This document shows positions 10,001 through 19,436 of a DNA stretch of 64,000 bases, in pieces. Within the stretch, counting starts at the first letter, position 1; every line of letters starts with the position of its first letter. Origin of the DNA: an uncultured Thermoprotei archaeon. Lineage in GTDB: Archaea; Thermoproteota; Thermoprotei; Thermofilales; B15-G2. The stretch spans positions 11,595 to 75,594 of the forward strand of contig CBDUKN010000012.1 of assembly GCA_965367815.1 (NCBI GenBank), written 5' to 3'. The notes under the pieces are model-generated. The model saw only the letters and a list, made by a program, of their open reading frames with translations. It was not told the DNA's origin and did not search any database. The position numbers and the translations under genes are program-made.

Positions 10001-11289
10001 CTAAAAGCACGGGTAGAAAGATTGATGTTCTTGGAGGAGTTATAGGGCTTAAAAGCGACGATCCTATTTTACAGAACCTTTTCGTGGGTATGCTTCCTGA
10101 AGGATCTCACACGGTGTTCATTTCAAGATCTCTACAGGAAGCACTAAAGGTAAGTATTGGAGATGTAGTTACTATTAATGGTGAAGATTTTGTTGTCATA
10201 GGAGTTTTCTCTGATGATGCATTTGCCCGACTATATGATATTGATGGCTACTTACTTACACCAGTTTTCATTACTCGGTCGGGTATCATTCAGGAAAAAA
10301 GTTTTGTCGCAATAGTACCCTACGATACTTTATTGAAGCTAGGGGGAGGCATTTCCTCTATTCTTGTAGTACCGGAGAGAAGTGAAGAAGAGTTAATGGA
10401 AGATGTTATGGAAATTTCTCAGCAAATAAGTGGACTTTACCATATTTACTACAGTGACGGTGAAGAATGCTGGGAGCTAATTCCTATTAAAGGCTACGAG
10501 CTTCAGGGACTTGAAAATATTTTAGTGCCTTTAATAATTTCATGCTTAGTTTTATCAAACACTATACTTGGGTCAACCTTTGAGAGAAGAAGAGAGTACA
10601 CAATATGTTCTTCCTTGGGGCTTTCGCCTAGCGGAGTTGCTTTTATGGCTTTAAGCGAAGGCTTAGTGTACTCAGTAGTAGGAGTTATGTTAGGCTACAT
10701 TACGGCGGCATGCGTTAGCCTAGTTGCGAGAATCTTCGGGTACAGTCTTCCACTAGACGTTTCTTCACCCTATCTTCCTCTAGCCATAATTTTCTCTATT
10801 GCTGCTACACTGGCTTCAAGCGTCTATCCCGCTCTCTCGGTCTTCAAGACTATTACGCCTTCACTTAAAAGAAAATGGGAGATAACAACTAAGCCTCTCG
10901 GCAATGAGTGGTATATTCCATTACCTTTCAGAGTAGGTAGTAGAGAAGAGTGTTTAGGAGTACTCAATTATTTAGCTGAGTACTTCGAGAAAGTTTATAC
11001 AAGAGACTTTATTGTCGTAGAGAAACCAGTACTGAAAACTAAAGACAGTTCATTAGTATTGGCTTTAACTATACAGCTAGCTCCCTACGACGCAGGAATA
11101 TCAGAGTACGTTGAAGTAATAGGTAGACAGGAGAAAGACAAAATAGTTTTCGGAGTACTATCCGTACTCAAAACAGGTAAACGCTACATATGGGTAAGCT
11201 CCCATAAGAGGTTTATAGACCACTTAAGAAAACAACTATTACTTTGGCGTACATTAAAGCCTAAAGAGAGATTAAAGTATATGAAATAG
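7057..11289 (+). CDS. Giant membrane protein: signal anchor, M28-peptidase-like/PA ectodomain and FtsX/MacB-like permease module
   Basis: 1410 aa; N-terminal hydrophobic helix; NVFALIPG...YDA...PGA...LLEFARIL (M28 fold); RNMKKRPLRTALT and ERRREYTICSSLGLSP (FtsX-like); multiple TMs. Confidence 0.85.
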   Translation: MKYLRVISIIVFLLALNFILVRINVVTASENNSYSFYFRYIVSNINLNNLNKHLSCIMSAVDRYAGYSGCYETASYICSYLKSLGLKTWIQNYTAIVPYDSNSTLVVVEPRREVFRVYVFAPNLVYTCRERIRGELVYLNRSFLETTRIGNIKGKIVLVDLDCGYDWIYLKFLGVKAIVFIEKRVSAEEWLSKVVCAPLKVPRVLIKESDAEKLLSLLKEGRVTVELFLNMEWREVVLQNVFALIPGSVDEKNTVVVSVQYDACSVVPSISPGASSALSTAALLEFARILKGNRPARTVLLAFFSGSALSMLGARTWFYSPEFNALLEEGYRPRVAFVLDLSGESSQIRVLIQGLLYGTYDLHRSPLLKAFDSLLNYIATIGNYDKYTKKYTVLGKKYSVVIAPSYYYAKQKNIILKYASCRHLGEVFNIEGIPALTFYSPKSSYGTPLDVLGKIDLTKVRPQLEVSFYIIFSLVNDLSEKSSRVFSHTVFSRWCMSTVKGKIQPHINSSSTLIIVTDYLNNLFVYKVSKEGFFEIYGLRSSSWGVGFHVYRLYAFTLNSSKIIYASKEIRIRLPLEVYLGKREIILELVPCSTLIIEEPVLDFHTFRAIQLGIEIFEKSKNKMVDALNLFEVFTGNKYTQVAILILPSNTCFDIVLRDKITKKPLALVPNIILRTGEEKSIPIYRLAEEIIKAANSLLKPLAEDPTLSGSLGSSKEYFEKALKEHEKYSKYLNEKTYSEYVFIAYRSLYYAIKSYYTLEEVYMSISNMNIVLVCILLPFSIVLCELLFEVRGTRKMLYVLIISASTAAALIVLHPGFRIHSNLVLLFASSLSLFTSILSLLYLVFENYSTLIKIREKLAGKHFIETAYKGIFFASFSLSVRNMKKRPLRTALTALTVVLLVSSITLIISWRFRDIVVFKKIEAPSPLYAGFLVKEPMIDAFEGIRAYPIPSPLAEYIECVLGNRARIYPRARIGGSVVFLAKSTGRKIDVLGGVIGLKSDDPILQNLFVGMLPEGSHTVFISRSLQEALKVSIGDVVTINGEDFVVIGVFSDDAFARLYDIDGYLLTPVFITRSGIIQEKSFVAIVPYDTLLKLGGGISSILVVPERSEEELMEDVMEISQQISGLYHIYYSDGEECWELIPIKGYELQGLENILVPLIISCLVLSNTILGSTFERRREYTICSSLGLSPSGVAFMALSEGLVYSVVGVMLGYITAACVSLVARIFGYSLPLDVSSPYLPLAIIFSIAATLASSVYPALSVFKTITPSLKRKWEITTKPLGNEWYIPLPFRVGSREECLGVLNYLAEYFEKVYTRDFIVVEKPVLKTKDSSLVLALTIQLAPYDAGISEYVEVIGRQEKDKIVFGVLSVLKTGKRYIWVSSHKRFIDHLRKQLLLWRTLKPKERLKYMK

Positions 11290-11312
11290 TCTTTAAGACA
11301 ATGCTTTAGAGA

Positions 11313-14225
11313 TTATTTTAAGCTTCCAGAACATATTTCTAGACATGTTTTTCTTATATCGTCTATTAAGTGGTAGAGTTCTTCTTTATATTTGTAGGTT
11401 TTTGCGAGAGACTTTACTTTAAGCTTTAAAGTATAATAGTCTCTGTCGAGTTTTTTCTCGAAAATAAAGTCTACTTGAACTACTTGTGCGAAAAGTACTC
11501 CACTAGTAAAGCTTATTTTATAAGATATTTTCTTGACTACACTGTCTGTGGTTTTTTCTTCACTAATTTTCTCTTCTTCTATTCTAGTTAAACCATAGTA
11601 AGAGTACTTAGACTTTATTTTACTGCATATACTCGATATGATTATATTTGCTTTACTTACAGGTATTTTGAAAGGCAGAGTCTCTTCGTAGACACCTTTC
11701 TTGAACTTTAGTTTCCATTTTCTCATAAAGCTTGGGACTACTTTTAGTGAAGCTCTGCGAGCCGGAATAGTGGTTGAAGCTAGGCACACAGCTATTACTG
11801 TAGTTAGTGCTGTAACAGACCACACTGGAATAATGTTTACTGAGTAACTTGAGTAAACTGTTTTGAGAATAAGTACTGTTAATACGCTAGCTATGTAGCC
11901 TAAGCCTCCTCCACTAAAAGCTAGAATAATGGACTGTGTTAAGAAAATTAAGGCTACTTAGAGGGGATTTATTCCGATGGCAGTATATATTTCTATTTCA
12001 CGAGACCTATCATAGACTTCAGCTAGCATTAAGTTGATTACTATTAGAGATCCTATAGCCAGCAGTATTAGTGTTTCAGCACCCTTAATATTAAAGGAAT
12101 GGCTTCTTGAAATAATGTATGCTTCGCCTCCAAGACAAACAAAAGGCACTACACGCGGAGGAAGCACTGGAAGAAGCCGTGAAGCTACTTCAAGAGCCTC
12201 TTCAGCACTCTTAGTCACTATAATCACTTTATCAATATAGCATACGTCAAGTTTTTTCGCGAAGTTTTCATGGACAATAAGTACTCCCTCAGGGCTAGTA
12301 GCTCTTGAATCTACAGTAATTGTTCCACAGCTAAACTTATTCCATGGCCTAAGAATCATTCCATCAAGATCTTTTACCTGCGCATAAAGTCTCTCATCAA
12401 AAATACCGACTACTTTTAATTCATAGCCTTTAAACTTAATAACATCACCTACTTTAAGACCAAGTCTCTTAGCATAAGATAAACTAACTAGAACACCGTA
12501 AGTATCATTGTCTCGCAGAAACCTACCCTTAACAACAATTTTAGGCAAAATAGTCAGCTTTTCTTCAAGAGAAGGCACAATACCTAAAACACCTCTAACC
12601 TTAACACAGCGACTACCCCTACACAGTAGACACAAGTACCCTTCCCAGTCCCTTACACGGTCTATGTAGCAGTAAGCACTAGGCTTAAGGCTCATAACTC
12701 TATAGACTACAGTATAGTTTCTCGCAACAAACTCCACTGCCTTAAACACAACGATTTTCTCATAGTCCTTTAAGTACCTCAAGTGAAGAACAACACCCGT
12801 CGAAACAGCATTAGTATCAAAGCCTACAAGACTCCTGAAATTAAATACTACCACTGAAATAGAAGAAAACAATACTAAAGAAAACACCATAGCAGCAACA
12901 CTAAACAAAAACAGCGTAGATCTAAACCTCCTCCTACGAATATTCCTTAAACTAACCTCAAAAGCAAGTACTGCAAGCCTTCCTTCAAGTCGAGAAGAGA
13001 TCTTGAATAAAAGAATTGAAACAATGAGTGCTAAGCTTAAGGAAATAATAAGGAATTCTTGAAATGATACTTTAGGAAGAACTTGAGTCTTAAATCCAGG
13101 ATGAGTTAAATGAAGTAAAAACATGATCGCTGTAAAACAGCTTATAGAAACAATAGTTCTTAATGCATGATTCTTACTACTTAAAATAAAACCTGATACA
13201 ATTAGACAGAAAATCATAATAATTATTGTTACAATGACATTAGTTACAGGTAAGCTCTCTATATAGAGCATTAAAATATATTTAACACTGTTTAAATCAT
13301 TTAATATAACGTTATATTTAAATGACAGCTCATTATAGTCTCTAAACAATAGGTACTCATATAGTTTACTGAGCAAGTGACTACACTTATCTAAAGTAAC
13401 ATTAACTTCGCTTAGGACAATGCCTTCGTAAAAACCTTTGTTTAATAAACTCTTATATTCTGCTATTTCAAGTTGTTTTAAATAAATTAAATTTTTATAA
13501 AATTCATATTTCTCCTCAAAAACAATACCTTTACCCATTTTTACGACATATCCTTTACCACAGTTAGTTAAAATAAAGTCCCCTACACGAATATAATACA
13601 CTCCAACAGCGTACATATTAAGCCATATAGGTTCTACTTCTCTCAGAGTTTTCGGATCAACAACATAAGGACTCTCAAGCCAACTAAAAATATGACCTAC
13701 TCTCTTTAACACTAGTATTTTATATTTACTTTTATAAGATTCAATATATTCTGCAGAAAGCAAATCAATAAATGTTGTGTTCTTGAAGTCTTTAAAGGCA
13801 ACAATATATTTACCTTCTCTTGGAACACAGGCTATACCGCTACTATTAGTTAAAGAAAAAATAACTTCTCTAAATAGAGGACCAATACTGTAAAAATTAG
13901 TTGAAAAAACTACTGCACCACATATGGGTTTCTGTTGTTCATCTACAACTTTAACATAGATTTTTTCTCCAGGATACTCTCCAATACTATAGAAAATAAA
14001 ATTTCTATTTAAAACAGGTGTGTAAACATATTTTTTCCCTAAAACACTGATGGAAATATTTGCTTTTTTATATAGAAAGTCAGTACTAAAAATTATGCTG
14101 ACTCTATATGCTCCTTTATATCTGAAAATCTTAACAGTACTATTGGGTGCTATGCTGGGGTTAAGTTGGAGTGTGTGGCTGTTGGTTTTGTGAGATTTCG
14201 TGAACTGTATGATGAGAAAATTGAT
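11313..14225 (-). pseudogene. FtsX-like permease paralog interrupted by an in-frame TAA, with no canonical start at the 5' end of its open frame
   Basis: ORFs 11958-13763 and 11313-11825 share one frame: ...AIGINPL*VALIFLTQSIILAFSGGGLGY... The frame stays open 154 codons upstream of the TTG at 13763 (to 14225) without ATG/GTG/TTG. RNIRRRRFRSTL and DRSREIEIYTAIG are FtsX motifs. Confidence 0.8.
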
Positions 14226-14273
14226 TTAGCTGTAACTGTTGTTACTAAAAATTAGTTTAATCTAAGTAACAGA

Positions 14274-14705
14274 TTATTTCTGTAATAAAGGGCAATACAC
14301 TTTTAATCCTAGTGCTTTATTTATTTGTTTCTCTCTATACGCTATATCTTTATCAAAAGTTGCTATTGTATCTGTATTTAGTAGATATGCTGCTATTGTG
14401 TGAAGTAAGTCTAGAGTTTTAAGCTTTAGTTTATTTGCATATGATAGTGAATACTCATAGAGTATTTTCCAGTCTACATTTTTGACTAACACAGAGCTCT
14501 TCTTAAGAATGTAATTTACTAATGCTTCCAGCTCAATATCTGTTAAATCCATATTTCTTGAATACACTGAAAATAATTCTAATACTGCTATTTGAGAAAC
14601 TACTTTGCTTATTGTATTTTCGATTATTTCTTTTGCTTTAATATGATTAGGATCTTTAGGGTTAATATATGCTATTAAAACATTAGTATCTATGTAAGTG
14701 CTCAC
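14274..14705 (-). CDS. vapC: VapC/PIN toxin
   Basis: YIDTNVLIA...E...LDLLH.A...TFDKD PIN acidic motif. Confidence 0.9.
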   Translation of the reverse strand: MSTYIDTNVLIAYINPKDPNHIKAKEIIENTISKVVSQIAVLELFSVYSRNMDLTDIELEALVNYILKKSSVLVKNVDWKILYEYSLSYANKLKLKTLDLLHTIAAYLLNTDTIATFDKDIAYREKQINKALGLKVYCPLLQK

Positions 14706-14947
14706 TCTCGATCCCTTATAGCGTCAAGTGATGTTGGTAGATCTGTGTAAGGTAAACCTTCTTTCATGAATTTTTCTACTAAATTTAATACTTTTTTCTT
14801 TTTCTCTACAAGTAGTAATGCTTTTTTATAGCCTAGTTCGAGTATTTTGTTGAAAGCTTGATTGCGGTTTTCGGCTAAACCTAGCTTAATCATGTCTTCT
14901 GCTAACTTGTATATTTCTTCCCGCACTTTAATAGTGACTGTTTTCAT
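14702..14947 (-). CDS. vapB: VapB-type antitoxin (RHH-like)
   Basis: 81 aa starting MKTVTIKV; 4-nt overlap with the PIN gene. Confidence 0.75.
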   Translation of the reverse strand: MKTVTIKVREEIYKLAEDMIKLGLAENRNQAFNKILELGYKKALLLVEKKKKVLNLVEKFMKEGLPYTDLPTSLDAIRDRE

Positions 14948-15016
14948 ATGTGTACCTAGGTATATTACCGTGTACTCTGATATATATTTTTATTCTATTC
15001 AAGTCCTTAGAGTTTA

Positions 15017-16195
15017 TTAATGTGCTTTCTTTATTTTTAGTGCTCTGTTAGGACATATTGCTACACACAGTCCGCAGTTATCACATAGGTTGTAGTTTAT
15101 TTCAGGTTTTCCTTTCTTTACTATTATTGCGCCGTAGAAACATCTTTCTGCACATATTCCGCAGCCCGAGCACTTGTTTTCGTCTACTTCTATTCTGTAA
15201 ATTTTCTTTCTATTGAGTTCTTCTAGGCTCTTGATTTTGGGGAGTGCTTTTCCTTTGAAGTCTTCTATTTTCATGTAGCCTTTTTCTGTCATCCAGTCGG
15301 CGAGTTCTTTTAGTATTTGCTTTATTATACTGTAGGATTTAACTATGACTGCTGTGCATACTTGGAATGCCGATGCGCCTACTGCTATGAATGCTGCTGC
15401 GTCTTTTCCTGAGTGTATTCCGCCTGAACCTATTACTGTTAAGTCGGGTAGCTCTAGTGCTATGTGGGCTGTCCAGGCTAGGCTTATGGGTACTTGCCAT
15501 GGGCCTCCGTAGCCTCCGAAGCTTTTCCACAGAATGGGTTCTAGTGAATTTAAGTCTAGTACTAGGCCCTGAAATCTCGCAGTAGATACTACTGCGTCTA
15601 CTCTAGCAGAGTGCATTGTTTTGGCTAGTTCTAGGGGGTTGGCTCCTTGTGGCGTGAGTTTGCCTATTACGGGGATGCTGGCCGCCTTCTTCACTGTTTT
15701 GACTATATTGTATATGATGTCTGTTTTCTTGGCAGCCGCCTTACCCATGAACTCTTCTTTCTCTACGTGGGGGCAAGACAAGTTTAGTTCTATTGCGTCT
15801 GCTCCTGCTTCATCGACGAGTCTGGCTAGCTTCTCCCATTCTTCGAGGCTTCTTCCCGCGATGCTGGCTACGAGTAGTCTGTCTGGATACTTTTCTTTAA
15901 CTTTCTTTATTTCATTAACCCATTTTTCTGGCTCGATCTCCGACATTAATTCAATGGAATAGAATGAAAAGTAGCCTCCTTTAATTGCGTTAAGCGGATA
16001 TATTACATGCATTCTCGGCTTAGGCTGAGCTCTATGTATTTCGGCGTAAGTTATAGTCTTGGTGACTGCGCCTGCTGCTCCTGCTTCATAGCATTTGATT
16101 ATGTGCTCGGCTGTCCTAGTAGGAGTACCTGAAGCCACTATTAATGGGTTTTCGAGTACAATACCAGCTATTTCTACGGAGAGATCTACTTTCAT
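15017..16195 (-). CDS. preA: Dihydropyrimidine dehydrogenase PreA-like flavoprotein with C-terminal 2x[4Fe-4S]
   Basis: NPLIVASG, AVTKT, ELNLSCPH, GKLTP and GSGGI motifs, plus CSGCGICAERC and CDNCGLCVAICP. Confidence 0.75.
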   Translation of the reverse strand: MKVDLSVEIAGIVLENPLIVASGTPTRTAEHIIKCYEAGAAGAVTKTITYAEIHRAQPKPRMHVIYPLNAIKGGYFSFYSIELMSEIEPEKWVNEIKKVKEKYPDRLLVASIAGRSLEEWEKLARLVDEAGADAIELNLSCPHVEKEEFMGKAAAKKTDIIYNIVKTVKKAASIPVIGKLTPQGANPLELAKTMHSARVDAVVSTARFQGLVLDLNSLEPILWKSFGGYGGPWQVPISLAWTAHIALELPDLTVIGSGGIHSGKDAAAFIAVGASAFQVCTAVIVKSYSIIKQILKELADWMTEKGYMKIEDFKGKALPKIKSLEELNRKKIYRIEVDENKCSGCGICAERCFYGAIIVKKGKPEINYNLCDNCGLCVAICPNRALKIKKAH

Positions 16196-16205
16196 TGGAA
16201 ACCCC

Positions 16206-17126
16206 TTAGAGCATGCCTAGGTCTTTGAGCGCTTTTCTTAATTTTTCTTTCTCTTCGCTAGATATAGGTCTGAGAGGAGGTCTTACGTAGGCTGTTTCGA
16301 GGACACCCATCATGACGAGTGCTTCCTTTATTCTAGTCTTATAGTTTCTTACTGGAGGAGCAAAAATTACTTCTACTAGCGGTAGGAGCTCTTCCCATAA
16401 TTCTTCTGCTTCTTCGTACTTTTTCTCTCCGACAAGCCTGAACATTTCTACCTGCTTGTCTACAGCTATAGTGCCGAATCCTAGTAGTCCTCCGTCTGCT
16501 CCAAGCACAAGTGACTCGTAGATGAAGTTGTCGTTTCCCGTGAAAATGAAGATTTTTCTTTTGGCTTTCCTTAGAATGCGGACAGTGTCGATGAATTTTT
16601 TGGCGTCGAATGAAGCTTCTTTTATTGCTACTACTCCCTCTAATTCAGCGAGTTTCATTAAAGTTTCTTCGCCGAAAATAACTCCTCCTAGAGCTGGCTG
16701 AAGCTGGAAGGCGACTAGAGGTATTTGGGCTTTCTCGTATACTTCTCTGTAGTACTCGTAGACCACGTCTACATTGGGCTCGCCTATAAACGCTGAGTGA
16801 GGGAACACTAGAAGTGCGTTTGCTCCAGCGTTTTTGGCTTCAATGGCCCTTTTTACGGCGCTCATAGTGTTTATTGCCTGTAGTCCCGCGATAATGGGTA
16901 CTCTGCCTTTAACAATGCTGGAGACTGTTTCGAGTATCTTTATTTTCTCTTCGGGAGTTAGGCTAGGGCCTTCGCCTGTATCAACGTTTACAGCGAGGCC
17001 TGCTACATCGTATTTTAGTATCCACTTAACATAGTTTTCGAGCTGATCTAAGTCTACTTCAAATCTGCTGTCCATTGGAGTGACTATAGCGGGAACTAAT
17101 CCATATTTCCTGAACATACTTATCAC
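16206..17126 (-). CDS. DapA/dihydrodipicolinate synthase family aldolase or dehydratase
   Basis: PAIVTPM, DTGEG.SL, AIKEAS (Schiff-base Lys) and VRPPL motifs. Confidence 0.85.
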   Translation of the reverse strand: MISMFRKYGLVPAIVTPMDSRFEVDLDQLENYVKWILKYDVAGLAVNVDTGEGPSLTPEEKIKILETVSSIVKGRVPIIAGLQAINTMSAVKRAIEAKNAGANALLVFPHSAFIGEPNVDVVYEYYREVYEKAQIPLVAFQLQPALGGVIFGEETLMKLAELEGVVAIKEASFDAKKFIDTVRILRKAKRKIFIFTGNDNFIYESLVLGADGGLLGFGTIAVDKQVEMFRLVGEKKYEEAEELWEELLPLVEVIFAPPVRNYKTRIKEALVMMGVLETAYVRPPLRPISSEEKEKLRKALKDLGML

Positions 17127-17160
17127 TCAGAAAACTCGAACTATAGTATTGTTTAGAAAT

Positions 17161-17502
17161 TTAGTCGTAATACATGTCTTCTTCAGTGAAAGGCGGTATG
17201 CCTATTATTAATGCCCGCATATTACCTACAGCACGGTGCCTACAACCAGGCTTTATTACTATAAGATCTCCTTCCTCTACATGTATTGTTTCACCATCAA
17301 GCTCCATTTCGCCGCTACCTTTGACAATGAAATAAAACTCTGTAGTCTTCTTATGATAATGCCGTTTGGCCTCACTAATGTCTACTAGGTGTACTGAGGC
17401 AACTTCTCCTTCTTCATAGCCGAGAAGTTTTCTTCGATAACCACAACTACTTCTTTCTACAGGAATTTCACTAAACTTTTTCACAATATACTTTCTGTCC
17501 AC
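17161..17502 (-). CDS. Cupin domain protein
   Basis: HYHKKTTEFYFIVKG and IKPGCRHRA cupin motifs. Confidence 0.85.
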   Translation of the reverse strand: MDRKYIVKKFSEIPVERSSCGYRRKLLGYEEGEVASVHLVDISEAKRHYHKKTTEFYFIVKGSGEMELDGETIHVEEGDLIVIKPGCRHRAVGNMRALIIGIPPFTEEDMYYD

Positions 17503-17596
17503 AAGTAAAATGCTCCTCGAATATATTTAACACTTCTTAATTAAGCTAGACAAGTGTATTATAGTCTTGTGAGTAAAATGCTTTAGGTGAAGTTTA

Positions 17597-18553
17597 GTGA
17601 AAATAGGCTTAATTGAAGTAAGTCACTGGCACTCCGGCATGTATATTGACGCCCTATTGGATCTCGGAGAAAACATTGTGGCTATTTCTGATAGAGATGA
17701 AGCTATCGCTAAAAAGGTAGCAGAGAAAGTAAAGTGTCGTTACTATACTGACTACAGAGAAATGCTCGAGAAAGAAGACCTAGATTTTGTGTTCTCTTTT
17801 GGGAGACACATAGACATGCCTGAGATAATAGAGACTTTAATAGATTGTGAAATACCTTTTAATACTGAGAAGCCCTGTGGAGTAGACTATAGGGCTGTAG
17901 AGAAATTAGCAGAAAAAGCTTGCGAGAAAAAACTTTTTGCAAGCGTATCTTTTGTTAAAAGAATATCTATTAAGGTAAAAGAGATACTAGATTCTTTGAA
18001 TAAAATAGGTGAAGTGAAGTATATGTACTTTAAGTACGTTACAGGTCCCCCTAGCCGATATATTGAGTGGAAGTGCCCATGGATGCTCGAGAAAAAGCTC
18101 GCTGGCGGGGGCTGTTTAATAAATCTCGGCGTACACTACATAGATCTAGTACATTATTTGACGGGAGAAGAAGCCGAAGTAGAGTACTCCCTTGTACTAA
18201 GCGAAATATATGGTCTCAGTGTAGAAGAGTACGCTTTAGTAGTCCTCAAAACAGCCAAGACACATAGCGTAGTGGAGGTAGCTTATACTCCCTGCCGCAA
18301 GGCAGAAGAATATTTCTCTATTATCGGTACTTCAGGCAGAATTATTTTGTCTGAGAAAAAGCTAATTAAGTGTCTCGGTAAAGAAAAAGAAGTAATTGAT
18401 GTAAAAGAAAACGAGTACTTTAAATTCGTTGAAGAAACTATTAATAGGTTTAAAAGAGGAGACAAGCCTGTAGCCTGCCTCGAAGATGCAGCAAAAGTAC
18501 TGAAAGTAGTTAATAAAGCTTATAGTAAAGTTGAGTCTAGCACCTCGGTTTAA
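17597..18553 (+). CDS. Gfo/Idh/MocA family oxidoreductase
   Basis: EKP and GGG.LINLGVHYID motifs. Confidence 0.85.
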   Translation: MKIGLIEVSHWHSGMYIDALLDLGENIVAISDRDEAIAKKVAEKVKCRYYTDYREMLEKEDLDFVFSFGRHIDMPEIIETLIDCEIPFNTEKPCGVDYRAVEKLAEKACEKKLFASVSFVKRISIKVKEILDSLNKIGEVKYMYFKYVTGPPSRYIEWKCPWMLEKKLAGGGCLINLGVHYIDLVHYLTGEEAEVEYSLVLSEIYGLSVEEYALVVLKTAKTHSVVEVAYTPCRKAEEYFSIIGTSGRIILSEKKLIKCLGKEKEVIDVKENEYFKFVEETINRFKRGDKPVACLEDAAKVLKVVNKAYSKVESSTSV

Positions 18554-18950
18554 TGTATTTGTATTTTAGTTGAATATCTTGGTATTCGCCTACAGCTTCT
18601 TTGAGAAAGAGACTATAGGCTCCTGGAAATTTTTCATATATTACTGTGCCTTCACATGCTACTTTTAGTTTGAACCATGCTGGTGCCTCGTCTACTGCTC
18701 TAACGTCTACTTGTACTCCGGTGGCTTTAGTGAGCTTTAAGCAAAGCTCTGTTTCAAAACGTAAGAAATCATCAACTAGTTCTCCTGCGTATACTGCTAT
18801 ATCGATATCTCTGAAAAAACTTCTTCGTGTGAAGCTTCCGTAGATAATCGCCAAGAGTACTTTTTCTTCCTTTGAGAGAACTTCTTTAATACGTTTAACT
18901 AAGACTCTTTTCTTTTCAGCTGTAGCCTCATAGTACTTAATATCCTTCAA
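18537..18950 (-). CDS. mntA: MntA-type adenylyltransferase antitoxin
   Basis: YGSF...RDIDIAV and VDVR motifs; coupled to HepT. Confidence 0.8.
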   Translation of the reverse strand: MKDIKYYEATAEKKRVLVKRIKEVLSKEEKVLLAIIYGSFTRRSFFRDIDIAVYAGELVDDFLRFETELCLKLTKATGVQVDVRAVDEAPAWFKLKVACEGTVIYEKFPGAYSLFLKEAVGEYQDIQLKYKYIKPRC

Positions 18951-19362
18951 GGTAATTCACCAACTCTTTTACAAACTTTTTAATAACTGAGATACCTGTG
19001 TTTTTTGCTTCCTGATATATTCTAGAATCATCTATTAGCCAGTATCTGTGGACAATAAGGTTTCTCAGTCTAGCGAGCGAAGCCATTTCTTTGGCCACAT
19101 TTAAGCTTAGTACTCCGTGATATGCAAGTTTAATGAATGCTTCTCCGTAGCTCTCGACATTCTCATTGAAAGCCTCAGAGAGTATGTGCATAGCTATGGA
19201 TACTGCTGACTCGACTACAATTAATATGAGGTGTCTTAAGGTAAAGCGAGACTTATAATCCTTAATAAAGTCTTCTTCATTTTCTTTGATTATTTCTTCA
19301 ATGTACTGCAGTGCCTCATTTATTTCATCTAGTCTTCGCTTAACGAGTCTTTTGTCTATCAA
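18937..19362 (-). CDS. hepT: HepT/DUF86 ribonuclease toxin
   Basis: RNLIVHRY matches the RX4HXY motif. Confidence 0.85.
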   Translation of the reverse strand: MIDKRLVKRRLDEINEALQYIEEIIKENEEDFIKDYKSRFTLRHLILIVVESAVSIAMHILSEAFNENVESYGEAFIKLAYHGVLSLNVAKEMASLARLRNLIVHRYWLIDDSRIYQEAKNTGISVIKKFVKELVNYLEGY

Positions 19363-19436
19363 TTTAGGCCACTATAGTCTAAGTATTCAACACGGTAATA
19401 TATCTTTGCCAAGTGTCAGTAAAATTAATGAAAGAA

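Noticed and set aside
14142-14255. G/T-rich stretch with an ATGATGA C-box and a short protein-like + strand frame
   Set aside because: No downstream CTGA D box and no start codon. Most of it overlaps the open minus-strand FtsX frame, so no separate feature can be supported.
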